A stretch of 62,823 nucleotides of DNA, filler included, from Diploschistes diacapsis (lineage: Eukaryota), in the NCBI GenBank assembly GCA_023645945.1. It is 18 parts of 18 records of this genome, joined end to end, with 100 filler letters (N's around TTAATTAATTAA, not from the genome) between each part and the next. Parts side by side here need not be neighbours in the genome. Positions count along the whole stretch, not along the records: positions 1 to 1,271 come from JALAIB010003437.1; positions 1,372 to 2,642 come from JALAIB010003438.1; positions 2,743 to 4,012 come from JALAIB010003439.1; positions 4,113 to 24,544 come from JALAIB010000344.1; 14 more parts are not named here. One strand, 5' to 3'. The position numbers and the translations under genes are program-made. Positions 1 through 11,520 of the stretch are shown piece after piece. A model generated the notes under the pieces. It was given only the letters and a program-made list of their open reading frames with translations, was not told the origin of the DNA and searched no databases. The stretch's first letter is position 1; each line of letters begins with the position of its first letter.

Positions 1-345
1 CGTTACCGCCCTAAATATTCGAAATAGTACGAATCTAGCTATCGATAGCGATCGCTCTGTTATATTATTAATAATATTTATTCTTAAAGGTATTTAAATA
101 TTATAATCTTTATTTATACAAAATATACACGAGTAAAATTAAGATAAATTTAATCTCTATTAAAAGAGAAATATAACAGAAAAAAAAAATAAAACAATCA
201 TAGATCTTAAACTATCTCTAAAAAAAAGGCTTTCTAATAATAAAAATAACGAATATAGATTGATCCTAAACAATAATTAAGGATATTTATAAAAATAAAC
301 ACGCCCTAAACTCGTAAAAACTATAACGACGTTCTTATATAAACC
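1..345 (+). mobile_element. RIP-degraded LTR retrotransposon gag-like fragment
   Basis: Very AT-rich with many TAA stops. Related by eye, in reverse complement, to 36090-36400 and 32848-33000, so it is multicopy. The gag assignment is an inference. Confidence 0.4.
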
Positions 346-358
346 CAATACCGCCAAA

Positions 359-551
359 TATTAGATACCAGCCGGCTAACGTTACCCATCTAACAACCGT
401 TAGATACCAGATACCAGACGGTTATCGGCCGTCGTCTATCGGTCACGTGACCCGCGTCACCATGATTGGACTATATACAAGAAATGGTTGGGAAGTGCCC
501 GACTAGCTGTTGCGTGCCAAGTACTACCGACTAGTAACTTGGATCGTAACA
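359..551. mobile_element. LTR (family C), ends ...TTGGATCGTAACA
   Basis: TATTAG (RIPed TGTTAG)...GTAACA termini. The same end motif occurs at about 26720-26829 and, reversed, at 35876-36039. Confidence 0.6.
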
Positions 552-555
552 GAGA

Positions 556-1271
556 AGCTGAATGGATTATCGAAAAATTAATAGGCCGCCGAAAAATAAA
601 TAACGAATAATAATATTACGTTAAATAAAAGAGCTGATTAAAAGAATATAGCTCGTAAGAACTAGAAAAGAATCTTACGGGTATAAAAGAATTACGGGAA
701 ACCTATAATACGGAATACCCACGATTAAGAAAAAAAAGGCCTAAACTCAATTCAATTTAAAAAGTATTAATATAGCAAGTACCGAATCGCTGCCTAAACG
801 TGGCTAAAGCGCCACCGGTAAGCTGAAAAACCAGAACCAAGTCCCGATTTAAAAAAACATACCCCAAAGTTCTAGCTCCTTACGCGCTATTCGCGATAGA
901 AACGAACCCGACGAGCTAGCGAAACCTAGCGAACCCGACGCCCTCGAACCCGATCACGAGATTTAATAACATTATTTTTCTCGCAACGACCCCCGCGCCT
1001 TAAGAAAGTTTCAGATTTTACGTTATTACTAAACTTATTAGGCGGTAATATAAAAATAAATATGCTATTATTCGCGATTTTATTAAAAAACTAATAGGCC
1101 GCCGAAGAATAAATAACGAATAATAATATTACGTTAAATAAAAAAGCTGGTTAAAAGAATATAATTTATAAAAACTAAAAAAGAATTTTACGGATATAAA
1201 AGAATTACGAGAAACCTACGATACGGAATATTTACGATTAAGAAGAAAAAAACCTGAACTTAATTTAATTT
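556..1271 (+). mobile_element. Two RIPed chromodomain relics of a Ty3/gypsy chromovirus (about 556-760 and about 1080-1271)
   Basis: Translates as EWIIEKLIGRRK...YYVK*K.. with W codons converted to stops by RIP. The block is directly duplicated about 510 bp downstream. Confidence 0.65.
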
Positions 1272-1371
1272 NNNNNNNNNNNNNNNNNNNNNNNNNNNNN
1301 NNNNNNNNNNNNNNNTTAATTAATTAANNNNNNNNNNNNNNNNNNNNNNNNNNNNNNNNNNNNNNNNNNNN
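1272..1371. other. Artificial contig linker (44 N + TTAATTAATTAA six-frame stop + 44 N), first of 17
   Basis: Identical 100-bp block also starts at 2643, 4013, 24545, 25914, 27282, 28650, 30016, 31382, 32748, 34114, 35480, 36845, 38210, 58730, 60095 and 61460. Confidence 0.98.
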
Positions 1372-1480
1372 TAGCGCTATCCCACTGAGCCAAAAGACTA
1401 ACCACAATGCTTTCAGGAACCCCGAAGCACTGTTTCCCTATTACACTATATGTAGGTGCGTGGCTGTGGCAGTAGGCGGC
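1372..1480 (-). mobile_element. Partial LTR (family A)
   Basis: Reverse complement of 58830-58938 and of the copies at 60428 and 60872. Confidence 0.75.
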
Positions 1481-1849
1481 AGATGTGTAACCCCGCAGGC
1501 CTTACATTTATAATCTTTTATATAACGTATGTATTAAATCTAAAGATTTATTTAAAAGAAATAACCTATATGTAAGTCTTTATACCTATAGGATCTATTA
1601 AGCCCTACAGGCTTGCGTTACTCCCAATCCGGATTAGCAGGAACCCAAGTGGGTTCAGCTGAACCTCCCAGCCATGCATTCTGCCTGCCTGCTCAACACT
1701 AATATTAGTTTTAATTTTACCGTGTTATATAGGCCAGATAACGCTTGAGCACCGCTTTCTACCCGCAATCTGACGGGTAGACAGAACGTCAAAATCAAAC
1801 GTTAAAACATTATTTCCGCATATTTTACTGCGAAGATCAAGATGATTAA

Positions 1850-2560
1850 CCAGAACTATTATTATTAACAGAATTTTCATATAACTCTACGTATAATTCA
1901 ACGATCAAAATAATTCTATTTTATATATATTACGGTTACGAACCGTAAGTCTATTTTGACTTCGAGGTCGAAACCGACGGAAAAAAAGTACCCGTTATTT
2001 AAACGAGAATTGATCGTATACAAGCCGCATAAGTTCAATTGATAAAAAATATCAAACATGCCTAGAATTAATAAAAGAAATACTTCGATTAAAAACATTT
2101 ACTCCATACATACGTAGTTACAAAACTCGTAATACTATTTATAAAGAATCTATATCTTAAACAGCCTAGCAAGAAACTATCCTATGAATTTATTAACCCG
2201 GTCCGTATCATTACCGCAACACGCTCGCAAGCCTACCGGCTAACGTTACCAAAGAAATATTTAAGATTATACCCGGTATTCCATATTTCGTTATTTAAAG
2301 TCTATAAAGCCAGAAACAATGACCCTAAAAATAGGTTAATGCCGCTACCAGAATTAATAAATGACCAACAAAAATGAAAGGTCGAGAAATTACTAGATAG
2401 AAAAAAAAAGAGTATTATTTAATATTATATAAAATGGCTAAGCTGGCCAGATGAATATAATTAATAAATTAAAATCAAGAATTTATAAGGATCTTAAGAT
2501 TTAATTGATGATTATAATAAACATTATTCATAACTTAAGAAAGATAGATCAAGAAGGAAA
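1850..2560 (+). mobile_element. RIPed Ty3/gypsy integrase C-terminus (GPY/F region) plus chromodomain
   Basis: Recognisable peptides PSKKLSYEFINPVRI, PVFHISLFKVY and K*KVEKLLDRK..YYIKWLSWPDEYN. Confidence 0.8.
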
Positions 2561-2742
2561 TAAATATTATAAACACAAGGCGCGCTGTCTAGGGGAGACT
2601 TCCCTTGCTGTAGTAGGTAGATAGTCGTAGGTGGTGTAGTAGNNNNNNNNNNNNNNNNNNNNNNNNNNNNNNNNNNNNNNNNNNNNTTAATTAATTAANN
2701 NNNNNNNNNNNNNNNNNNNNNNNNNNNNNNNNNNNNNNNNNN

Positions 2743-3100
<358 letters not shown>

Positions 3101-3192
3101 TAATAAGACGAAAAACGTATTTATTAACGGTAAAGTAAATCATTATAATAATACTTAAAAGATAATAACCTAGCGATATTAATAAAATAAAG

Positions 3193-3560
3193 TGAGACAG
3201 CTCAGCCTAGGGACCTGCCAAGCCACGGCAGGGTTAGTGCCCAGGGGCTTGCCAAGACACGGCAGGGTCAATACCCAGGTGCTTGTCAAGATACGGTAGG
3301 GTCAATGCCTAGATGCTTGCTAAGACACGGTAGGATTAGGGGGTGGCTGTATAGATAAGTAGTTCTCGAATCCCGGTAGGTCTGATATTCATATTACTTA
3401 ACGGTGCCCTTTTCCTATCTAGATAGTTTTTTTTTCAGCTTTTCGAATAGAGATCTTTTATCTATAGATGTCTAAATTACATTTAATCCTTCCGGATCAG
3501 GCCTAGCCCCCGATAAAATAACATTTTTTCTTGCGCTGGCGTTTTATATTCGAAAAGTTC
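3193..3560 (+). mobile_element. LTR-like repeat (family B) with four tandem ~34-bp units (CTTGCCAAGACACGGCAGGGTCAATACCCAGGTG) at about 3214-3340
   Basis: The tandem units are visible directly. A reverse-complement copy lies at about 24890-25142. Confidence 0.6.
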
Positions 3561-5347
3561 ACTTTATCTTCGTACTCGTGACGAGAGTTTAAAACGTTAA
3601 TCGAATTAAGTATTCGAGTGAGTTCACGATAACCGGAATTCGAAAATATTATCCGCCGATTTATTATAAATAATGGCCCCCGATAATAGAAAGAATCAAA
3701 AAAGAAGGAGAAAATCGATAATACCTCCGTTTTTTAAAAAATCAATCGAGATACTATCGGTTAAAAAATACGATTTAATAAATAAATCGTTAATTAAGAA
3801 ATAATCCGTAAGATATCCCGCGTTATAACAATTATTAACGTTAAAGACCTTTAAAGGATTTAATATCAGCGAAAAATCAGTACAAGAAAGATTTTAAAAG
3901 AACCCCCGCGACGAATTTAAGCGACGAACGTCTTCGTTTAAAGATCCGATAAAAAAATAGATTAATTAAAATAACGTTATCGAGAACGTGATAGATCTAT
4001 AATTATAAAAATNNNNNNNNNNNNNNNNNNNNNNNNNNNNNNNNNNNNNNNNNNNNTTAATTAATTAANNNNNNNNNNNNNNNNNNNNNNNNNNNNNNNN
4101 NNNNNNNNNNNNGGAGTCAGCTGCGTCTTTCTACGGGGACAGGCGCAGGAGGAGTAAAGGAGATGGACGGGGGGAAGGAGGAGGAAGGGGGGAGCGGCAT
4201 AACTCTTGTGTTGCGTCCTCCTCCGTTCGGGGGTCGGGATGCGTCATCGTGAGGGGATTGTGCTTTGCTGGAGGAAACTGGAGGATTGACGCGCGGTGGT
4301 AGTGGGGGGAAGACGTGGAGGAGACGCGAATTTGCTATGTGGGACGGTAATTTGGCTCTCGAAAAGAGAGGTTTAGGTTGCTGTTTTACGAAGACAGGTT
4401 ACCACCCTCCTTTAGACTAGCGTCTCTAATATATTATAAACAAGTAACGCTTTACGACTCCCCGGTTTTAAAAACAAATAACACTTTTTAGCTTGTATTA
4501 TCAAAATATATAACTATTTTAACATCGCGTTGATTTTCAGGCAAGTCTTTCAGGGCTCGCCTGACAGCCTCTATCTGCAGAAACGTTAATGGAATTGCTT
4601 TGCGACTGCTTGATTACTTACTGTCTCATCCATGACGGTGAGAGAGGACGAGAAAGCCGACGTGTTGAAGTCTTTGGTTTAAAGTACACCGGCCTAACTC
4701 TTTAAGGCCCGCTAACTATATTCGCCGTTAGTCAGTTAACTCATACAGTACTAGGCCAAAAGTAGTTAGATACACCATAAGCGCAGTAAATAAACAGTCA
4801 CCACCACAACGCCGTTTGAAGCCCGAATAACTAATAATTGCACTCACCATTTTGAGCCGTCGGTCTCCACCATTTACCTTTCTTCCCTCTCGCCACCAAA
4901 ATCTAGCTGGGTGCTCGAATCCTAGGGTAACCGGTCTACCCTCTTTCTATATCTACGACTCCTACGCATACCTATTTTCAGAATTGCAGCACCTGCCTTC
5001 GCAATATCTGTCTACGACTCCGATTACACAGGTGCTTTCTCCAGTCTCATCAGATCTACTATAGAAAGCTGGAACTCCTACAGACAGCTTCGGAATCACC
5101 GAGAAAGAACAGGGATATGGTCTGTGGACTGAGGATTTGGGCATACAAATAGGCAGGTTATGAAGACTGCTAAAGATGCTGTTTTGGACCTGCTTGGAGC
5201 ATTGTATTAAGCTATTTCACTTCAAGTTTGCTATGGGGAAAAGTTCTTCTAGAATTACATTGTGTCAAGCTCTATTTGATTAAGGGGATATTTGCTAGCT
5301 ACAAGCTGCGGAACTCACCCCCCATGCTTTATAAAAGATGGACCTGT

Positions 5348-7177
5348 TTAGCGTTCCTTATAGTCCTTGCGTATTACCGACCTCAAAACTCCCCCGAATC
5401 TTGCAAAATGGTTACGGTTGCTAGATCCGCGCTGCGCTACCTTTTTCAGTGCATTTACCTCCTTTGCCTCTTGTGCCAATGCAGTCGCTTTCTTTTTTTG
5501 TGCAGCCATTTTATCATTCTTGCGCTGCTCCTTCCGTTTCGCCTTTCGTTCCTGCATTTGCTTCCATTCTGGACGATTTTGCTGAACCGCGGACTGAAAC
5601 AAATCACAAAGTAACTCGGATGAAATCTGAAGTTGCGGGTATTCAATCTTTTGCAATCTGCTCTTCTCCTGTTCCGTGCACAGCTTATCCAATGCTGCTT
5701 CGCAGACAAAATCTTCTAACGTGAGTTCGAGGCTAACATCTGGTTCGTGCTGCCCATCTATGTTTTGGAAAACCTATTGAAAGTAATTAAAAGCCCCCAT
5801 CGACTCGGCTTAAGAGGCGTACCTGTCCCTCAACGCTCTTCGTACCGTTTATCCATTTCCCCAAACGCGGCTTAGTGTTGGCTCGCCATACCGAGAAATT
5901 AGGAGATACTGCGGCTGCGGTAGGTTCTAGAAACTCTAGAGATACGGGAGATAAAATTGACCCCTCTTTCTTCCTTTTCTCTTCGTTAGTATACCATTTC
6001 CTTTCTGCGGCCTCCTGCTCCTTGTAGATGTCATTGAAATTAAATCCGACCACAGTCCGGACTTGACCCTGAGTGCTGCTAAAATAATACTCGACTTTCT
6101 CTTCCATATCAGACCAAGAAGCAGCCCACGCTACTTCCACCACCAAACAGGGGTAATCACTATCACTGAGTGAGTATGACTCATCCGGCTCCTTCTTACC
6201 AGACTCGGGCGGGCAGAATCTTCGATCCCCTGTTGAATGCAGGTTTCTAGCAATCTTCTCGATTACACTGTAATTCGTGGAAGATTCAGACTTATCTATA
6301 AAGCGTCGGATCTGATCATGAAACTTCCGGGCAAAAGTCGAGTGAAACGTAGTGGGCATATAGATAGTGAACTTTTTATTCACATCGGAATACTCAGATC
6401 TAGCCTTTATTTAGCAATAAATAAGATAAATGTTGTTGAAATTGGCGCTTACCGAAGCCTATCATAAAAATACCCATACAATTCTTCGTCGCTTTCTATA
6501 CGAGCAAGGAGATTTTGGTACTCGGAAGAGTAAAGCGGTTTCTTGATCAAGAGCTGTGTGGGTGGGTATCCTTCGTCTCGAACCTGTTCGATCAACTTGA
6601 TCACGGCTCTAATCCGGCCTTCTCGGGCCTGAGGCCGATGGCGGCGTAGTGAGGCCAGGATATTAAGTGGGCGAAGAATAAAATGCAAAGCTGTGGAAAG
6701 CTTTGTGAAGCTGCTCCGGACCAAGCCGGTAGATGAAGATTCCGGTGAGGCTAGGCTGGAGGCGATTGACTTGGATGTTGCTGCTCCGCGAATGCACAGT
6801 CCTGTGGAGGTGTTTGTGTTTTGAACGATACGTTCCTCCGGCGGAAGGCTCAAGGAGAGATTTTTTGATAACTCAGTGAGCAGGTCTGAAGTTAGTGGCT
6901 GGATATTTGACTTCGGCCTCGGGGACAGTTGTTCTGGCGTCTCAGGTGTTGAGGCTGGTGTAGAGAGCGTAAGTGAGAAAGGATCTGCTACGGAATCAGG
7001 TGAAAAAGAAACGATCTCTGTGAAACTGCGCGCCTCAGTGTCGCTCTGACCCTGCACACTGTATGGTGAATCGGGCCAGACCAGGGTGGTCGTTGTCTCC
7101 TTTGTTGATATCAACAAGGGCGAGCTTGAAAGTGAACTAAATGGCTTTTTGATGGGATGACTGCTTTCTAAGGGCAT
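5348..7177 (-). CDS. Fungal Uma2/PD-(D/E)XK restriction-endonuclease-fold protein, about 575 aa, 3 exons (7177-6453, 6399-5823, 5773-5348)
   Basis: Three ORFs join in frame through GT-AG introns of 53 and 49 nt. Motif MPTTFHS...KEPDESY...YPCLVVEVAWA...VRTVVGF is of the PD...EV type. N-terminus is Ser/Pro-rich; C-terminus is a basic coiled coil. Confidence 0.8.
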
Positions 7178-8480
7178 ATTCAGTCTTCCCTATTATTCGA
7201 GCAGGACGATCAATAGCTCAAGACTCAAAGCTGCCGTTATATACCCAGTTCCAAGGAATACTGTGACAGTCGTAGACAAGAGTTCGCCTGCAGTCGGTGA
7301 AGACATGCATAAAAGAGGATAAGCCCACCGCTTTTCCGGTCTCTCAGAATAAAGGTTGGCGCTTGTGTGGCGCCGACTAGCCGTGGGTAAAACCTTTGTT
7401 CTGAGGGTCCTGCGTACGGGCAGTTGTCCTTTCCTGTCCCGTTTCCGGTTGGAGCTCCTTAGGCGATCAGCAGAGCTTGTACTCTGTACGAAAGATTTGA
7501 AGATGTTTTCACAATGATTAGAAAGTAGGCTTGATTCGTCATTTGAGCGGGGTACTGGGTATAGTACCTATAATCGTGTTAACGCGGATTTAGAACAAAG
7601 GGTGGTTGATGATACCTTTGGAGCTACTTTTACGATGCCAAAGTCACTTTCTCAAATTGGATAAGATTAGCTCTGCAGTTTACTTCGTTTTTCAAACAAT
7701 ACAGGATGGGAGATCTTTAAGTTTCTGACAGCTCCATTCTCCACTTTCGAAGAAGGGTCGCAATCTCGCCGCTTACCCACAACTTTGATCCCGCTTCCAG
7801 CCTGCGCGACCTCGCCGGGGCCGGAACCCAGTGATCAGAATCGAACTCACGTCCAGAGTTATCGAATGCGTTTATTTCCGATTTTCTGTATGCTCGCTCT
7901 GCCTGTAGATATATACTAGGGTTAATCAAACACAGATTAAAGCGTCACGGAGTCGTATCCGAAAACCTGGCAAGATCAATGCCGAGGCATGGTTGACTCG
8001 TTGCTGTTAGGAGAGACCAAGAAACAAAGGCGTTACTGGGAGAGTATGTAAATAAACTGTGAAACTCTGGGCAAGCACCGACCTCATATATCCAACTCAT
8101 GTACTTCAGATAATACATGTCTGATCTTGTTTGGCTTTGCGAGAGAGGCAAGCCGCCCCCTCCAGGCGCAAGCAGCTTATCCGCACAAAACAAATTGGCC
8201 TGAAGCCACGAACTTTTAACCGGAAGAAGCACGATGCAGAGAAGCCAAGGGATAATTATAAACAAATAGGATTTTAGAAACGGGCGTTGAAGAAGAAACG
8301 CTCAAAGTATGCCATAGGGGCCTCAAACTGCATTCTTTGCAGGAGCACCATCCCTTGGTCATTCCTCTAGCCTGACACCAAATCCCCTCGCTAAATGAAA
8401 ATTATATATTTATATATATATATGAAATGCTGCTGGACGATTTCAGTCTCAGCTCTGGATACAATAAACCGCTTCATCGA

Positions 8481-10404
8481 CTAGTTGAACTTTTCGACTC
8501 TGCTCCGGAAAGGTGTTCGCGGAGTCGTGGGGTATCTCGGCGTAAGAGGAGTCATCGGAACCGTTGGTGTCTGCAGAGCAGGAGGAACGCCAACGGTGGG
8601 CGCAAGCACGCTGGCTTCGAAATCATCGTCCGGGGCCCGCTGGTAGCCTTGCTCCGAGTCCGTATTTCTGTCGTTCTTGTCGTTGAGTCTCACGATGCAA
8701 GTACCAACGGCCAAGCCAGTCATGACCAGGCCGGCACAGATCCAGGGCAAGCCGAGGATCAGATCGTTCGATTCCTTGGTCCTGTGGTAAGCGCTCAGAC
8801 CGGCGTTGTATACTGTTGAGATGAGCGGACCGCCGCACATGCTGCCAATGGTCTCTATTATACCCAAAGCCGTGTAGAGCCGGGCAACTTCGTTTTGTTT
8901 CACCCAGGACGTCAGAAGAGCGCGAATGGCTGAACCACATCCTACAGCGAACGTAATGGTGATCATGCCGATAATGAAGTAGAAGATGGTTGGCGCGAAG
9001 CCAACGGCAAGAAGACCAATGCCATAGCAGAAGAAGCCGAAACGGGTGATGAAGATGTCTTTACGGTTGCTGGAGTAGCCGCGCTTCTTCAAAAGATAAG
9101 AGGATGCGGCAGGAAGGATGAATAGGAGAACGACCATGGCCACGCCCGCCTGAACGGCCTGCAGGTTGGTTGTGTTGGCGATACTCCAGTGGTACCTTTG
9201 AGGTATGTACTGCATAATCTGGGAGTCCAAACTGTTCATCATCATTCGGATTGGATAGGTGCAAGCGAAGAATAGAACCCTCCAGTCTTTCGCAATGAAA
9301 CCGGCGTTGTCCTTGATCATCTGGACGAGTTTGCCGCTGCGATCCTGAACATTTCCACCTTTGCCGAACAGAATAGACTCTTCCTTGTCCGTCGGCTTTT
9401 CTTCTTTCTTTTCTGGCTCACCCGGTTTCTTAGCGCCCAGAGTCTCTGGCAATGCGAGGGAGATTGGAATAGCAACGGCCTGCAGGATCAACCCCAAAGT
9501 GAACGAAATCCAAGGGTCCTTCTTCATGATAGCGGCTGCTATTGGCGGACCGACTGTAAAGCACAACATGTTTGCTGCTCCTAAACGGAAGAAGGTGGAA
9601 GCCCTGGAGAGAATTAGCGGCAAGTAACAAGAGGAATCGAGGGTTACTCACATGCTAGCTGTCGGAGTGACGTCGGATAGCGTGACGAAGATCAAAGCAG
9701 TCGCAACCATTGAGCCTCCACCGAAGCAAGCCAGGATAGCTTCAAGCCAGATCGCCTGCAGCGGAAAGATGTTTGGGAAAGAACCTGGCTCCGCGTTAGT
9801 GGCAACCCAGCTGGAGATGGAATCGAGATGACTTACAAACGATGTACACCCAAGTCGTACGACCTTGCATGGAGAGAATATTCATGACAAAAAGCCATTT
9901 CCTACCATACTTATCCGCCAGCATGCCGAAGGGAATAGCGAGAAACAAGCCCGGCAGGTGGCTCCAGAAACTAGTCCATCCTCTCAACGACGATAGCTGT
10001 GTCTGCACATCTTCCACTTTGCAAAGCTCCTCCGCTATCCTGCCGTCGAGCCCGATCTTCGTCGGGTCGTGAACGCTGTAATACTGTTGGCAGTAGATGC
10101 TCTCCAGAATCCGAACTAGCGAGGCGCCGAACATGACACTGGGCAAATCCACAGCAACGATGAGTAAGGCAATGAGGAGGGTAACCCGAGCTCGAAACTT
10201 GTGTGCCTTCTTTTCCGCTAACGAGTCAATTTCGGCTTGTGCTGGAGACTGGGGCTCCGAAGAACCTTCGAACTGGGAGTCGAGAAAAGGAGTCGACTCG
10301 GCCAGATGACTGCTCTCCTCCTCTTGAGAGGACCTCCTCTTTTCCGAAGCAACCGTTGCTCCCATGTTCACAACGGTGTCTTGCGCTGCAAGATTCCTCT
10401 TCAT
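8481..10404 (-). CDS. MFS transporter (fungal SLC46/PCFT-like efflux type), about 607 aa, 3 exons (10404-9837, 9784-9652, 9603-8481)
   Basis: MFS motif A (GMLADKYGRK), numerous hydrophobic helices, LPETL after TM6, and in-frame GT-AG introns. Confidence 0.93.
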
Positions 10405-11520
10405 GTGTACTTGAGAATGTTGTTAAATCCCCAGCAACTCGAAATCACACTGCACCGCAGCGTTTTCTTCTCACTGCAAAAAGAGGACAGAATTAACCCG
10501 CACAGTCTATGGCGGCGAAAGGGATGGTGGAAAAGCAAAAGGACGCGGAAGGAGCTGGTAGAATAAGAGAGATTGTGCCTGCGACGATTGACGGTAAGGG
10601 GGGCTGACGGGTTTGTGCCAACGAGGCGTATAACATTGCACCAACACTGAACACTGGTAACCTGAGAACTTAGTCAGCCGGTCCTTGCGACATGGAGGCA
10701 TACCAACGGATTCAATATACTTTAAGTTGATGTAACTTATCCTCCTGTCCACTCTAGAAGGAATAATGGAGAGAAGAACCCCAAGCAATTGCCATCATTG
10801 CTGCACTTAAGCTAGATACATATGTAGATGGGGAATCTTGGGTTTCCCACGTGTGTGCTTTTTGCGTGGCAGGTTCTCAAAAGTAACAGATGCAGAGTAC
10901 ATCTCAGCACCGTCAGCAACCAAAACGGGCATAGCGACATAATCCAACTTGAAGCTCGGCGTTGCTCCTAATTTTACGAACTGATGCAGCCTCGATAGAA
11001 ATAGATAAGCTTGAAATTAGCTCTCTCGGACCGGAGAGCGGCCTTGTCTGCAATCCCCCTCCATGGAAGAAAGCAACTGTTTGCAGCAGGCTTGTTTTTT
11101 CCTCAGCGGCCATTCTAAGCTCTATTTTCCCCCTTTGCTTCTAATGGTTATTTGCTCTGTAAGGGAAACCTTGTTGTCGTTAAACCTTTCTGTGGATACG
11201 GCTCCTCAGGGAATTGTTTGCCGATCTGTAGGGAGCCTTATGAACGCTGCGGGTACAATATTCGCTGCTGTAGCCAGCTCCAAATCCTGCTCTTAAGGAC
11301 CTCCATAGACCTTTATCACGTGTTTTGGAATGCCTGAACTGTGATAGCGGTCGTTCACTAGACTACCTTGACAATACGGCACGCTGGGCCGTATGTGGCA
11401 AAGAACGATTCAAGTCAACACGCATGCTACAGGTCGTTACTGGCAGCACTGACGCTTGCTGTTCGGCTCTCATTCCCCAGCTCAGAATCTCGCAAACATC
11501 AACCCAGAGGCTATACAGCT

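Noticed and set aside
1316..1327. TTAATTAATTAA as a biological motif
   Set aside because: It is always centred in 88 Ns, so it is an artificial six-frame stop linker.
7717..8265. Possible small spliced gene on the minus strand
   Set aside because: Splice-like signals are present, but I could not build a coherent in-frame model or recognise a domain.
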